DNA of 61,740 nucleotides from Candidatus Heimdallarchaeota archaeon (GCA_015523565.1 WAKA01000202.1:1-61740); one strand, 5' to 3'. Counted from the first letter of the stretch, positions 48,795 through 58,963 are shown. Notes: generated by a model not told the origin, from the letters alone. Made by a program: numbers and translations.

Positions 48795-50255
48795 TTAACG
48801 CTGTGGTTGTGTTCCTTGAATGTTTATTCCTAATACCCTTTGAATAATTGCAGAACTCATTATTGCACTCATGAAGTACCAGAACCCAAATCCTGCCGCG
48901 CTAAGTCTTGGATCCTCAACATATTGGCTAAACCATTTCCCAATCAATGGTATCTGTGGAAAAATCCTGAAAGGCAGAATTGCAACGATGGCTCCCCTGT
49001 CTGGTGTCAAGTTCAATGTATAATCTCCCATCACCAACCTCAAGGTCGTAAATATGGCTATCAATGGCAAGAACAAAACGAACTGGGGTAACATTCGTTT
49101 CATCATCATTTTTTGCTGGAGCATGTTGATTTGACTGTCCTTCGCTTGTATCTTTTGCCAAAGCTTCTTGTCTGCTGTTTCCATTGCCTTTTTCTTCAGG
49201 CGTTGATGCTCTTGGATCTGTTTCATCATCCTGTTGAGCTCTTCCATGTCCAAAAGCTTCTGTGTCAAAAATGCAGAAAGCAATGAACTGCCCATGGCTA
49301 TAAATACCAAGAAAATGCCCGCACCAGGTGGTCTTACCCAAAAGCTATCTTTGGAAACAACATCCAATACCCATGCATTGTACCAACTTGGTTTTCTGTC
49401 CTTTCCAAGTGCATGTGATACCTGCAATGTATATCTTGCATCCTCATCTGTGCTATTCTCCATGAGAAAGATAAAAATCCTTAATGAAAGCTCCTTTTTC
49501 CTATTGTTATATAGGTCTATGAATATCGATCCATCAACTCCTGCCGCATACGCAAATATGTCTGGATACAGCCTCATCAATTCTGCTGTACTTGTTGTAT
49601 TTGTCCCCACTGTTCTGATATCCTCTGCATCCAACTGCGTTGATTTATTGACAATGGCGATGCTCATCTCCCCCTTTTCTGGGGTAAATATCATATTGAT
49701 TGTTTCGTTGACCTTCAACTTAACATCATATCGCTTGTATTCATTGCTATCCAATCTGTCATTCGCCTTTGGCTTCAAAATATTGCCATGAAGGAACTCA
49801 AAACTTATGTCTATATCTGTGGTGCCTTTTACCCTTTTTAGTTGGACGGGTGCATCCAATGAATAGTCGTTTTCATTGATCGATGCTTTTAGTTCCTTCT
49901 CAAATACAACCACATAAAGTTCTGTCTTTCCTGAAGGGTAGACAATCTTTTCTGTCTTGTTGTTTCCCTCTGCCGAAAGGTCAAGCAGGTATTCTGAAAG
50001 ACTGGGATTTGGGTTGCTTTTTAATATTCCCTGAATAATGGGGATGGAATCTGTCACAAATAAGGCAAGGTCCAAATCCAAAGTGCTGTTGTCATTCAAT
50101 GAGACCGATCCTGATGATGTGGGTGATAATGCATAAATATGCAATGGCTCTGCTTGGGCTTCTGCCGCCTGAATTCCAAACATTCCTAATGATATGAATA
50201 CCGCTATGATTAATCCTTGTAATCGCATCTTTCTCCTCACGGGCTTATTCCTCAC
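48795..50255 (-). CDS. EMC3/TMCO1/DUF106 (Oxa1-superfamily) insertase with large N-terminal extracytoplasmic domain
   Basis: C-terminal ~190 aa: TM1, Met/Gln/Lys coiled coil, P...F.P TM2, LPF, WYF.S TM3; located upstream of rpl34e-cmk. Confidence 0.82.
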   Translation of the reverse strand: MRNKPVRRKMRLQGLIIAVFISLGMFGIQAAEAQAEPLHIYALSPTSSGSVSLNDNSTLDLDLALFVTDSIPIIQGILKSNPNPSLSEYLLDLSAEGNNKTEKIVYPSGKTELYVVVFEKELKASINENDYSLDAPVQLKRVKGTTDIDISFEFLHGNILKPKANDRLDSNEYKRYDVKLKVNETINMIFTPEKGEMSIAIVNKSTQLDAEDIRTVGTNTTSTAELMRLYPDIFAYAAGVDGSIFIDLYNNRKKELSLRIFIFLMENSTDEDARYTLQVSHALGKDRKPSWYNAWVLDVVSKDSFWVRPPGAGIFLVFIAMGSSLLSAFLTQKLLDMEELNRMMKQIQEHQRLKKKAMETADKKLWQKIQAKDSQINMLQQKMMMKRMLPQFVLFLPLIAIFTTLRLVMGDYTLNLTPDRGAIVAILPFRIFPQIPLIGKWFSQYVEDPRLSAAGFGFWYFMSAIMSSAIIQRVLGINIQGTQPQR

Positions 50256-50330
50256 TATTCATCCGCATTAAATATCATTGCTATTGATACTCGAAATTGC
50301 CATAAACACTTTATTCTATGTTGTCATCTG

Positions 50331-51011
50331 TTGATTGTGGATATCGCCGATCTCCGAGATTCCTATGGCAGAATATCTGAATCATATCGCCACAAAAAAA
50401 ATAGGCCTTGGCAGGAACTTCTTGACGAAATTCCTGAGCTTGTCTCACCCCGCTCTGGAATTCTGCTTGATATAGGCGGTGGGAATGGCAGAAACATTTG
50501 CGGTGTTCTCAGGTCTCTTTCTGTTGTGGTTGACCTTTCTGAAGCACTTCTAAGAAACTTTGTTGCCGAGACTGACCTTCATCTGCGGGTATCTGGTGCA
50601 TTGCCCAATCTTCCATTCAGAAAGGGTGTAAGTGATGAAATCCTCTCAATTGCAGTCATCCATCATCTCCCCACGTCTGAATTCAGGGTTGCCGCTTTCT
50701 CGGAAATTCGACGGCTTCTTTCTCCTCAAGGTGTCTCGATTGTAACTGTCTGGAGAAAATGGAGAATGCGGCATCGTGACCAAATCATTCAAAGAATCAA
50801 AAATGGACTGCCTTATAATGACTTGGTGGATCATCTTAGACCTTGGAAAGATTCCTCTGGCGATGTCCTTTCATATCGGTTTTACCACTACTACACATTC
50901 AAGGAACTGTTAAAAGAGACTCAGATCGCAGGTCTCAAAATAAAGGAACACAAAATAATGGGCGGGAAAGCAAAAGACGCAAACTTTCTCCTTTTCCTTG
51001 TGCCCATCTGA
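50331..51011 (+). CDS. Class I SAM methyltransferase, Trm9/ALKBH8-like
   Basis: RPW, LDIGGGNGRN, SIAVIHHL...R, TVW, RFYHYY...EL. Confidence 0.8.
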   Translation: MIVDIADLRDSYGRISESYRHKKNRPWQELLDEIPELVSPRSGILLDIGGGNGRNICGVLRSLSVVVDLSEALLRNFVAETDLHLRVSGALPNLPFRKGVSDEILSIAVIHHLPTSEFRVAAFSEIRRLLSPQGVSIVTVWRKWRMRHRDQIIQRIKNGLPYNDLVDHLRPWKDSSGDVLSYRFYHYYTFKELLKETQIAGLKIKEHKIMGGKAKDANFLLFLVPI

Positions 51012-51040
51012 TTCTTCTACATCAATCCTCAAATATCAAA

Positions 51041-54000
51041 ATGAACTATGGAAGTATAGTGTCCATCCCAAGCTATGACAAGGATCGGGAATCAGCCCCT
51101 AAAGTGGAAAAAAAGCTTCCATTCAAGGAACTCTCAAAAAAATTCCCATATCATCAAGTCTTGGAAGAGCTTGTGGAAAAGGCACATAAAATTGCAACTG
51201 TTGCACGAAAAAAAAGGCTTGATCCTGTTGAGGAAGTCGAAATCTATCGTGCAGAAGATGTAGCCTCACGAACTGAAGGGCTTGTTGGTCCAAAGGGAGT
51301 TGCAAAAAGGCTCAGGGAAATGGAATTTATTGAAAAACTGCCAAAAGAAAAGATCGTGATAAAAATAGCAGAAGAAATTGCCTTGGGAAAATTTGGAGAC
51401 ATGCCTCCCCGTGACTTGGCAGAACAGGCAATTAGAACTGCTTTGTCTGTCCAAACCGAAGGCATTACCGCTGCCCCAATCGAGGGCATCTCAAAAGTGA
51501 AAATCAAACAGAATGTTGATGGATCATCTTATCTCGCAATTTATTATTCTGGTCCCATAAGGTCTGCAGGTGGTACTGCACAAGGTGTATCTGTCCTCAT
51601 TGCAGATCATGTACGAAAAACCCTCGGTCTTGATCGCTATAAGGCAACTGACCAAGAAGCTGAAAGGATGCTTGAAGAGGTTCGGGCATATAATGCAAAA
51701 GTCCATCTACAACTGCCTACCAGCGACGAGGAAATCAGATTCGCTTGGAAAAACCTCCCTGTCATGATTTCTGGAGACCCAACAGAACCTGAAGAGGTTT
51801 CTGGATACAGGAATATTGAAAGTATGGAAACAAACCGAATCAGGGGAGGTGCATGCCTTGTTCTTAATGACGGTGTCGTTGGCAGAGCCAAGAAACTGGT
51901 CAAACGTATCAAGAAAATCGGTCTTGAAGGATGGGGATGGCTAGAACGAATCTCCGCTGGGGAATTCAGTGAATTCAAGGAAAAAAAGAAGAAAAAGGAT
52001 GAAAATTCTTCCCAAGAGAAAACGGGGAATGAACAGAAGGATGAACCAATTCGGTATGAGGCGAGCCCTGATACTGCATTTCTTGCAGATGCAATTTCTG
52101 GTAGACCAATCTTTGCAGGGGCAACGCAACCTGGTGGCTTCAGGCTTCGATACGGTCATGCAAGAAATACAGGAATTGCTGGGATTGGTATCCATCCTGC
52201 CACATATGGCGTTTTCAATGACTTTCTTGCACCAGGGACACATGTCAGGACAGAAAGACCTGGAAAGGGAAGCATTGTAGCTCCTGTCAATACAATACGC
52301 CCCCCTATCATCAAACTACAGTCTGGAGACGTGATCGAAGTTAAAACCTATCAACAGGGAATCAACCTCTTCCCCCTTATTGAAAAAATCCTTTTCGTCG
52401 GAGACCTACTAATCGGATATGGTGAATTTGTCCAAAACAACTACAAACTAGTGCCTGCTGGTTTCAATGAGGAATGGTGGGCCCAAATCCTTAAGGAAAG
52501 TGGAAATGAGCACTACCTTCCTGATGTGCATCCCCATCTCCTGACAAAATACCTGTCTGAACATCCACCCAGTGAAATAGAGGCAATTGATATCGCAAAA
52601 AAGACAGGAACCCCCCTCCATCCAAAATATGTGCCCGCATGGAAATACATCTCCGCAACAGAAGCATCCCAACTTCGAAATGAAATTCTAAATGCAAAAT
52701 CAAACCTCCTCTCCCCAAACATAAAACCAATCTTAGAAAAAGCATTGATTACCCACAAAATAGACTCTGAAACAAAGAAAATCAAAGTTGACTTTTTCAT
52801 AACACTCAGATTCCAACTTACTGGTCAAGAAAATGATGATGACCCCATTTCAGATGCCCCAGATTCTTGTTATGATGGACTCGATTTCATCCAAAAAACC
52901 TGTCCTGTCCCTATCCTTGATACAATGGGAACAACTCTTGGTGCAAGAATGGGAAGACCTGAAAAAGCAAAACCACGGTTGATGCAACCTGCAAGACACG
53001 GTCTGTTTCCGTTGGGCAATATCAGGGGCGTGGGAACTGACCTGAAAAAAGCAGAAAATTACGGAACCATTAATGTGGCACTCGCAGATCGATACTGCCA
53101 CAATTGCGACCTTCCCCAATATGAACGTTTCTGCATCAAATGCACTGAACCAACTGAATTACGGGGCAGGTGCATAAAATGTGGTGCAACCAATGACGAA
53201 GGTCCATGCGACGTGTGTGGTGGACGTGTCACAAACAAAAAACGATATGACCTAGACATCCCGAAAATCCTCAATCAAGTGAGATCAAGAATCGGTGAAA
53301 TCCCTCAAAAAGTCAAGTTGATTGAGGAACTGAAAAATCCAACATATACCCCTGAAATTATTGAAAAAGGAATTCTCCGTGCAAAATACGGCTTGCATGT
53401 GTTCAGGGACGGAACCATCAGGTATGACGCAACAGATGCACCCCTAACCCATTTCAAACCAAAGGAAATTGAAACATCAATTGAGAAACTCATTGAACTA
53501 GGCTATGATACTGATATTGAAGGAAAACCCTTGGAAAATGAAGACCAAATCTTGGCAATCAAGCCACAAGACATCATTGTCAATCAAAATTTCAAAGAAC
53601 ATGCTTTTAATGTCGCAAAATTCATTGACGACCTACTGAAATACGTCTACAAAATGGAACCGTTCTATAACCTGAAATCCCCAAAGGATATTGTAGGTCA
53701 CCTCATAATCGGTCTCGCTCCACATACAAGTGCTGGCGTCATCGGAAGAGTCATCGGCTTCACTACTGCAAGCGTCTGTTGGGCACATCCGTTCTGGCAT
53801 TCTGCGAAACGTAGGAACTGCGTTGCTTACGAGCATGAAATCCCACTCTTTAACGAAAAAACCAATGAACTTGAAATCCACACCATCGGTCAACTTGTCG
53901 ATCACATTCAATCATATTCAAAAGGTAAAATTGTCGACGCCTTCGGCACCACTGAATTTGAAAATCCCCTGACTCACCTTAAGGCAATATCACTTGACGA

Positions 54001-56083
54001 AAAAACCCATCGCATAACCCTTGAACCCATCAAAAAATGGATAAAAGGAGAAACCGAATATTGGGTCAAAATCACCACAAATTCTGGCACTGAGCTTATC
54101 ATGACTCCAAACCACAGGCAACTCGTCTTTAAGAACGGCAAGGTCATCCGCAAAAAGGCTTCCGAACTCCAACCCAATGACCTTCTCCCAACCCCTGCCA
54201 AAATCATGCTGCCAACATCACCCACACAAAAACTCAACTTATTGGAAACCTTCTCCAAAAGATTACCTCGATCTCATGAATTCAATCAGTTCAGGAATTC
54301 CCTTAGACTAAGAAATGCCCCAATTATTCAACAAACTATACTTCAACGAACCACAAAAGAACAAAGGAAACATTTGACTCAACTTATGCCATTGACAGGA
54401 AGCAAACCATTCACTAAACGATGGTTCAACTCAATTCCTCTGTCCCATATCGAGGTACTCGTCTCAAACAATGTCATCTCATGGAATGAAATCCCTAAAA
54501 ATGCAAGCTTGGGAATTGCAAGAAACGCAAAAACAACCCCTGCTTTTATTGATCTTGACCCCCAATTCTTTAGATTCCTCGGATTATACACTGCTGAAGG
54601 ATTTGTCCGAAACTCACCAGGAACTTACCAGATTAATATCGGAAACACAACCCCCGAAATCAAGAATGAAATCGAAATGCTATCCCTCAAATTCTGTGGG
54701 AAACCATATGCCCCCAAAAATTTCCATAATGTCGTAAACGCAAACAAAATCATCTCTTACCTCATCGCTTTTGCACTCAAGGCAGGAACATCCGCTCTCA
54801 ATAAAAGAATCCCCTCAATTGTATTTTCCCAGCCAATACAAAACAAACTAGCTTACCTCAGCGGTATCATCGACGGCGATGGATCAATTGTCACTCAAAA
54901 CAAGGCTGTACAGATATATACCGCAAACAAAAAACTTGCACATGATTACAGACTCCTACTGTCAACACTCGGATATAAGGCAAAAATCTCCTCCGTTGCT
55001 GGAAAAAGATTCGGAAATAAAGTCCTCCAAAGATATAAACAGCTGAATAAAATCCCAAACTCCAAAGGAATACTATACCACATTATCATCTATGATCATG
55101 ACCTCCTCCAAAAAATTAACCTGAAACATCCCAAAAAAATGCAAAAGGCAAAACAAATCCTGCAAAATCCAAGAAAATCATCCAAAACATCATTCTCAAA
55201 TGACATATTTCTGGATCCAATCAAGTCAATCAAAATAATCAAGAAAAAACAAGCGACATATTGCGCAGAAATTGATAGCAAGAACCATAACCTTGTTTTC
55301 CTAAATTCACCAATCACCAGTAATTGTGACGGGGACGAAGATGGGATTGTCCTGCTTATGGATGGCTTCCTCAACTTCTCTAAGGAATACCTACCCACAA
55401 CCCGTGGATCAAAAATGGATGCCCCCCTTGTATTGGTGACAAAGCTCAACCCTCTAGAGGTGGATGATGAAGCATTTAACCTTGACTTCAGTTATGCATA
55501 TCCCACTTCATTTTATTCTGAGACCCTGAAAGGCAGTGTCCCCAGCAAACTCCCCGTCCCCCGTATTGAGGACGTTCTTGGAACCCTTCAACAATTCCAG
55601 AATGTACCATACACCCACTATACTGATGACATTGCCATTGGTCCATTGGTCACAAAATACAAGATCATCCCCACCATGAAAGACAAACTGTATGCACAAA
55701 TGGATCTTGCAGAGATCATCTCTGCGGTAGATGCAAAATTTGTGGCAGAACAGGTTCTGAAACGCCACTTCATCCCTGACTTAATGGGCAATCTAAGATC
55801 CTTTGCCAAACAGGGAGTCTATTGCGGTACATGCCGTGCCAAGTATCGTAGAGTTCCTCTTACTGGAAAATGCCTCAACAAGAAATGTCCAAAGCCTGAT
55901 TCTCTTCGTCTCAACATCAATCCTGCATCTGTATACAAGTATCTCGAAATTGCGCAGGAACTGATTGATCGATACCAAATGCGGCATTACATTCAAGACA
56001 GGCTTGATCGTATTAAGCTCGGAATTTATGGGCTATTTCCCCCTCCAGAAAAAAAGCAACTGGATCTCTCGGACTTTTTCTGA
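51041..56083 (+). CDS. polC: DNA polymerase D large subunit DP2 (intein-containing)
   Basis: GPIRSAGGTAQ, GGFRLRYG, RMGRPEKA, DGTIRYD, AKRRN/CDGDED, DAPLVL, PDLMGNLR, C-terminal PIP QLDLSDFF. Confidence 0.96.
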   Translation: MNYGSIVSIPSYDKDRESAPKVEKKLPFKELSKKFPYHQVLEELVEKAHKIATVARKKRLDPVEEVEIYRAEDVASRTEGLVGPKGVAKRLREMEFIEKLPKEKIVIKIAEEIALGKFGDMPPRDLAEQAIRTALSVQTEGITAAPIEGISKVKIKQNVDGSSYLAIYYSGPIRSAGGTAQGVSVLIADHVRKTLGLDRYKATDQEAERMLEEVRAYNAKVHLQLPTSDEEIRFAWKNLPVMISGDPTEPEEVSGYRNIESMETNRIRGGACLVLNDGVVGRAKKLVKRIKKIGLEGWGWLERISAGEFSEFKEKKKKKDENSSQEKTGNEQKDEPIRYEASPDTAFLADAISGRPIFAGATQPGGFRLRYGHARNTGIAGIGIHPATYGVFNDFLAPGTHVRTERPGKGSIVAPVNTIRPPIIKLQSGDVIEVKTYQQGINLFPLIEKILFVGDLLIGYGEFVQNNYKLVPAGFNEEWWAQILKESGNEHYLPDVHPHLLTKYLSEHPPSEIEAIDIAKKTGTPLHPKYVPAWKYISATEASQLRNEILNAKSNLLSPNIKPILEKALITHKIDSETKKIKVDFFITLRFQLTGQENDDDPISDAPDSCYDGLDFIQKTCPVPILDTMGTTLGARMGRPEKAKPRLMQPARHGLFPLGNIRGVGTDLKKAENYGTINVALADRYCHNCDLPQYERFCIKCTEPTELRGRCIKCGATNDEGPCDVCGGRVTNKKRYDLDIPKILNQVRSRIGEIPQKVKLIEELKNPTYTPEIIEKGILRAKYGLHVFRDGTIRYDATDAPLTHFKPKEIETSIEKLIELGYDTDIEGKPLENEDQILAIKPQDIIVNQNFKEHAFNVAKFIDDLLKYVYKMEPFYNLKSPKDIVGHLIIGLAPHTSAGVIGRVIGFTTASVCWAHPFWHSAKRRNCVAYEHEIPLFNEKTNELEIHTIGQLVDHIQSYSKGKIVDAFGTTEFENPLTHLKAISLDEKTHRITLEPIKKWIKGETEYWVKITTNSGTELIMTPNHRQLVFKNGKVIRKKASELQPNDLLPTPAKIMLPTSPTQKLNLLETFSKRLPRSHEFNQFRNSLRLRNAPIIQQTILQRTTKEQRKHLTQLMPLTGSKPFTKRWFNSIPLSHIEVLVSNNVISWNEIPKNASLGIARNAKTTPAFIDLDPQFFRFLGLYTAEGFVRNSPGTYQINIGNTTPEIKNEIEMLSLKFCGKPYAPKNFHNVVNANKIISYLIAFALKAGTSALNKRIPSIVFSQPIQNKLAYLSGIIDGDGSIVTQNKAVQIYTANKKLAHDYRLLLSTLGYKAKISSVAGKRFGNKVLQRYKQLNKIPNSKGILYHIIIYDHDLLQKINLKHPKKMQKAKQILQNPRKSSKTSFSNDIFLDPIKSIKIIKKKQATYCAEIDSKNHNLVFLNSPITSNCDGDEDGIVLLMDGFLNFSKEYLPTTRGSKMDAPLVLVTKLNPLEVDDEAFNLDFSYAYPTSFYSETLKGSVPSKLPVPRIEDVLGTLQQFQNVPYTHYTDDIAIGPLVTKYKIIPTMKDKLYAQMDLAEIISAVDAKFVAEQVLKRHFIPDLMGNLRSFAKQGVYCGTCRAKYRRVPLTGKCLNKKCPKPDSLRLNINPASVYKYLEIAQELIDRYQMRHYIQDRLDRIKLGIYGLFPPPEKKQLDLSDFF
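53819..55324 (+). mobile_element. Intein with LAGLIDADG homing endonuclease in PolD DP2 (502 aa)
   Basis: Interrupts RRN|CDGDED; starts CVAYEH, block B TPNH, LGLYTAEG and YLSGIIDGDG motifs, ends ITSN with +1 Cys. Confidence 0.93.
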
Positions 56084-56097
56084 GCACAAATCAACGG

Positions 56098-56949
56098 TTA
56101 AATCAATGGTGCAGTGTACTCCCTCATTTCAAACTGCTTGCCAATCAACCTGACAAACTGCTTGTCCTTGGAACGCAATCCGAACGTCTCTATGGGGGTA
56201 TGGAACACCTGAAACACAAGTTCATCATCAACAACCATGTATGATGACATCTCAAGCTTTGACAGTTTTATTTCCAGCTTCCCCTTGTCAAACAGCTCCT
56301 TGACCTTCACCTGACCTGAATTCAAGTCCTCCAATGCACCGGAAACCGTCCTCAATAGATCACTGGCCTCCTCCTCTGGAAAGGCAAGCCTTGCTTGGAT
56401 ATCTCCCACCTTTGAAAGATATTTCGTGCTAAAGGTCTCAAACGGGATGATATTGAAAAAATTCGGTGCAATCATCAATGTCAGGCTTTCCTTCGCCTGC
56501 ATAAAACTAGAAAGTATCTGGTGGGGAAGCTGGGTTTCCTTCAAGTGAAGAACCATTGCCGCTTGATCAATGGACGTGGCCCGTGACATGATCTTTTTCT
56601 GCAATTCCTGCAATTCCTTCAGGGTGTCATTGAAAACATGCAATTCCTCTTCCTTCACAGCCCGTAAATATGCAAACAACGCAGTCTCGTCCCCAATCCA
56701 ATATTTTGCTGGTCTTGTCCCGCTTGAATTGACCAATTGCTTGTTGACCAACTGAACCAATGCAGGATAAACCTTTGAATCTGGAAGGTCCAGTATCTGT
56801 GACAGTTCCTTGCCTGTCACATTTGGAGTCTCCAAAAGCTGTCCATAAATTTTCGCCTCGTTTTTTGCTAGAATCCCCAAGGAAATGAGCAAATCAATGA
56901 ACTTCCTCAGGTCAAATTCCTCGACTGCACCAGAACGCTCTATTATCAT
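56098..56949 (-). CDS. TrmB-family transcriptional regulator
   Basis: LG...NEAKIY..LL, ELSQILDLPDSKVYPAL..L..K.LV...GTRPAKY; C-terminal region with VVDDE. Confidence 0.85.
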   Translation of the reverse strand: MIIERSGAVEEFDLRKFIDLLISLGILAKNEAKIYGQLLETPNVTGKELSQILDLPDSKVYPALVQLVNKQLVNSSGTRPAKYWIGDETALFAYLRAVKEEELHVFNDTLKELQELQKKIMSRATSIDQAAMVLHLKETQLPHQILSSFMQAKESLTLMIAPNFFNIIPFETFSTKYLSKVGDIQARLAFPEEEASDLLRTVSGALEDLNSGQVKVKELFDKGKLEIKLSKLEMSSYMVVDDELVFQVFHTPIETFGLRSKDKQFVRLIGKQFEMREYTAPLI

Positions 56950-57016
56950 TCAAATATGCTATGGTTTCATGCTTAATATATTTACTCCTCATTTACGGTA
57001 GTAAATTAATTCATCC

Positions 57017-57721
57017 TCAATCCAAATCCTCAATCAATTTCTCAAATTCTGCATCCAAATCCTCATCCTCCTCCCCAATCAATTCAGACAGCTCATCCAT
57101 CCCCTCCGTCTTTTCCTCCCATAATTCATCTGATCCAGCATCCAGTTCCTTTTTCCGACGCTCAAGTATTCCGTAAACCTTGTTCTGATCAACCCCATTG
57201 ATTATCATCATGACCGCCTCCTTGGCAACAAGCATGTTCTCGTACTTCCCAATTATTGAAACTGTCGAACCTTGGACAACAATTGAAGTGCGTGTCAGCC
57301 TCTCTATTGTCTTACGAGTTCGCCCCCTTGTTCCAATCAGCCGTGACCTGATGCGTATCAACGCAGATTTGTTCCCCCTTGTAAATTCCTTCAGGTTGAT
57401 GATCTCAAGAAAATAATTGTCACTGAACAGGAACATGGCTTTCTCTGGAGTATAACCCCTCCCTATTGCCTTTACAACGTTCTGGGCCCGTAACTGCAAA
57501 AGGGGGTCACTGTCATCAACAGGAATGATTGCAACCTCACCCGTCTCCGAATCAATCTGAAGACGGACACGACCGCGTTTTTCAATTTCCTTCTTTACAG
57601 TGCCTTTTGGTCCTATCAACACCCCGACCCTATTCTTCGGGATCATTATGTATTGTGCATGGTCAATCACTAAAAGAATCTGAGTCGATTCAATATATCT
57701 GCATTGCGAAAGAAAACTCAT
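57017..57721 (-). CDS. KH-domain ribosome biogenesis factor Pno1/Dim2
   Basis: RVGVLIGPKG, VKAIGRG, RLIGTRGRTRKTIE; acidic tail; start probably slightly downstream. Confidence 0.92.
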   Translation of the reverse strand: MSFLSQCRYIESTQILLVIDHAQYIMIPKNRVGVLIGPKGTVKKEIEKRGRVRLQIDSETGEVAIIPVDDSDPLLQLRAQNVVKAIGRGYTPEKAMFLFSDNYFLEIINLKEFTRGNKSALIRIRSRLIGTRGRTRKTIERLTRTSIVVQGSTVSIIGKYENMLVAKEAVMMIINGVDQNKVYGILERRKKELDAGSDELWEEKTEGMDELSELIGEEDEDLDAEFEKLIEDLD

Positions 57722-57793
57722 TCACCTGACTGTCAATGCCCTTCAAATCATAGAATATACTCCTTCATCAATGGAGACCCAAAAAATCCATTA

Positions 57794-58147
57794 TCAATCG
57801 TCTCCAAAAAACTCTTTAATCTCTTTAAGGGGAACTATGCCTTGGATGAATAGACGATTTGTGGTCGAAACCTTAAATTCCTTGCCAGAATACATCTCAA
57901 ATTGGATATTTGCTTGTTTGAGTTTCGTCAAAAACTCATTGATTTGATTGATCCCTGAAAAATCAAAAACCACAATGAATTCATAGCCATTTACTGCAAT
58001 TTTTTTAAATCCTGCAAGAAGGAAATAATCTAATCCAATATCATTTGTAAACTTCCCACATACCTGTATTTCAACCTTGAAATTGGCAAATAATTTTCGA
58101 CCTCCAACAACGCGTCCCAAAAATAGGAGGACTTTTCCATTGTTCAT
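57794..58147 (-). CDS. Hypothetical protein, possibly the 3' part of a frameshifted gene
   Basis: Its frame stays open upstream to ~58255, overlapping the end of 58201..58614. Confidence 0.45.
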   Translation of the reverse strand: MNNGKVLLFLGRVVGGRKLFANFKVEIQVCGKFTNDIGLDYFLLAGFKKIAVNGYEFIVVFDFSGINQINEFLTKLKQANIQFEMYSGKEFKVSTTNRLFIQGIVPLKEIKEFFGDD

Positions 58148-58200
58148 TGGAATTTTGAATGTTTGAACTTTCTTGAAAAAAATAAATGGATAAGTGACCT

Positions 58201-58614
58201 CTAAAAAAACGATCCCTGAAACAAAAACTGGTTTTTTTCCATATAGCGTTTCCCATTATTAACCATGAATGAAAACGAAACAATCAGATCTCCTTGTAAG
58301 AAAAACAAAAACACCTGCCATTTATTCTGGTATGGTAAGATAAGCGATGTGAAAAGAATTAGAATGAAAACAGGATATAATATCTCATTAAAATACTCAA
58401 TTTTGAATGTTGGAAGGAATAGGAAGGTAATTTTGATGAGTAAAACACTTAACAATATTGCACAAACAATTATTAAGCATTCAACCAAAAAAAGAAATGC
58501 CAAAGTTTCAATGGATTTATTATAGTTCAAAATTAAGTATATTATTTTTATTGGAATAAGAATGATCAAAACACCCCATGCAAAATAGTCTGGCGGTGTA
58601 ATTTGTTTTAACAA
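58201..58614 (-). CDS. Hypothetical membrane protein in an AT-rich segment
   Basis: Three to four hydrophobic stretches; no motif recognised. Confidence 0.5.
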   Translation of the reverse strand: MLKQITPPDYFAWGVLIILIPIKIIYLILNYNKSIETLAFLFLVECLIIVCAILLSVLLIKITFLFLPTFKIEYFNEILYPVFILILFTSLILPYQNKWQVFLFFLQGDLIVSFSFMVNNGKRYMEKNQFLFQGSFF

Positions 58615-58963
58615 AGAATGCTTAAAATCACTCTTCTAGAAGTTATCTCCCATTAGATCATTGCACCTGTATATAGATTTCTTTGGAGAATGGTGACTGA
58701 ACACCTCATCTCATAGAGAATCGATCTATGGTCATTAAAAAAGACTAATCAGCTTGTTTTAATCTTTTAATAAATTAGATATGTCTGATCTTTTTTTCCT
58801 TTTATCAACAATTCAACAAATATGTAGTGTTGGAAAAAACATTTTGTTGAGAATGATTCTTCCACATCTGGAAATGTGATTCTATTATTTCACAAACAAA
58901 ATCCATTCCTACCAAATTTCCAATGGAAAATGTTTATAGGGGCTGGTAAAGATAAATAATTAT

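Noticed and set aside
50843-51040. N-terminal 66-aa extension of PolD DP2 in the ORF track
   Set aside because: Overlaps the methyltransferase gene and has no DP2-like sequence; a start at 51041 or later is more plausible
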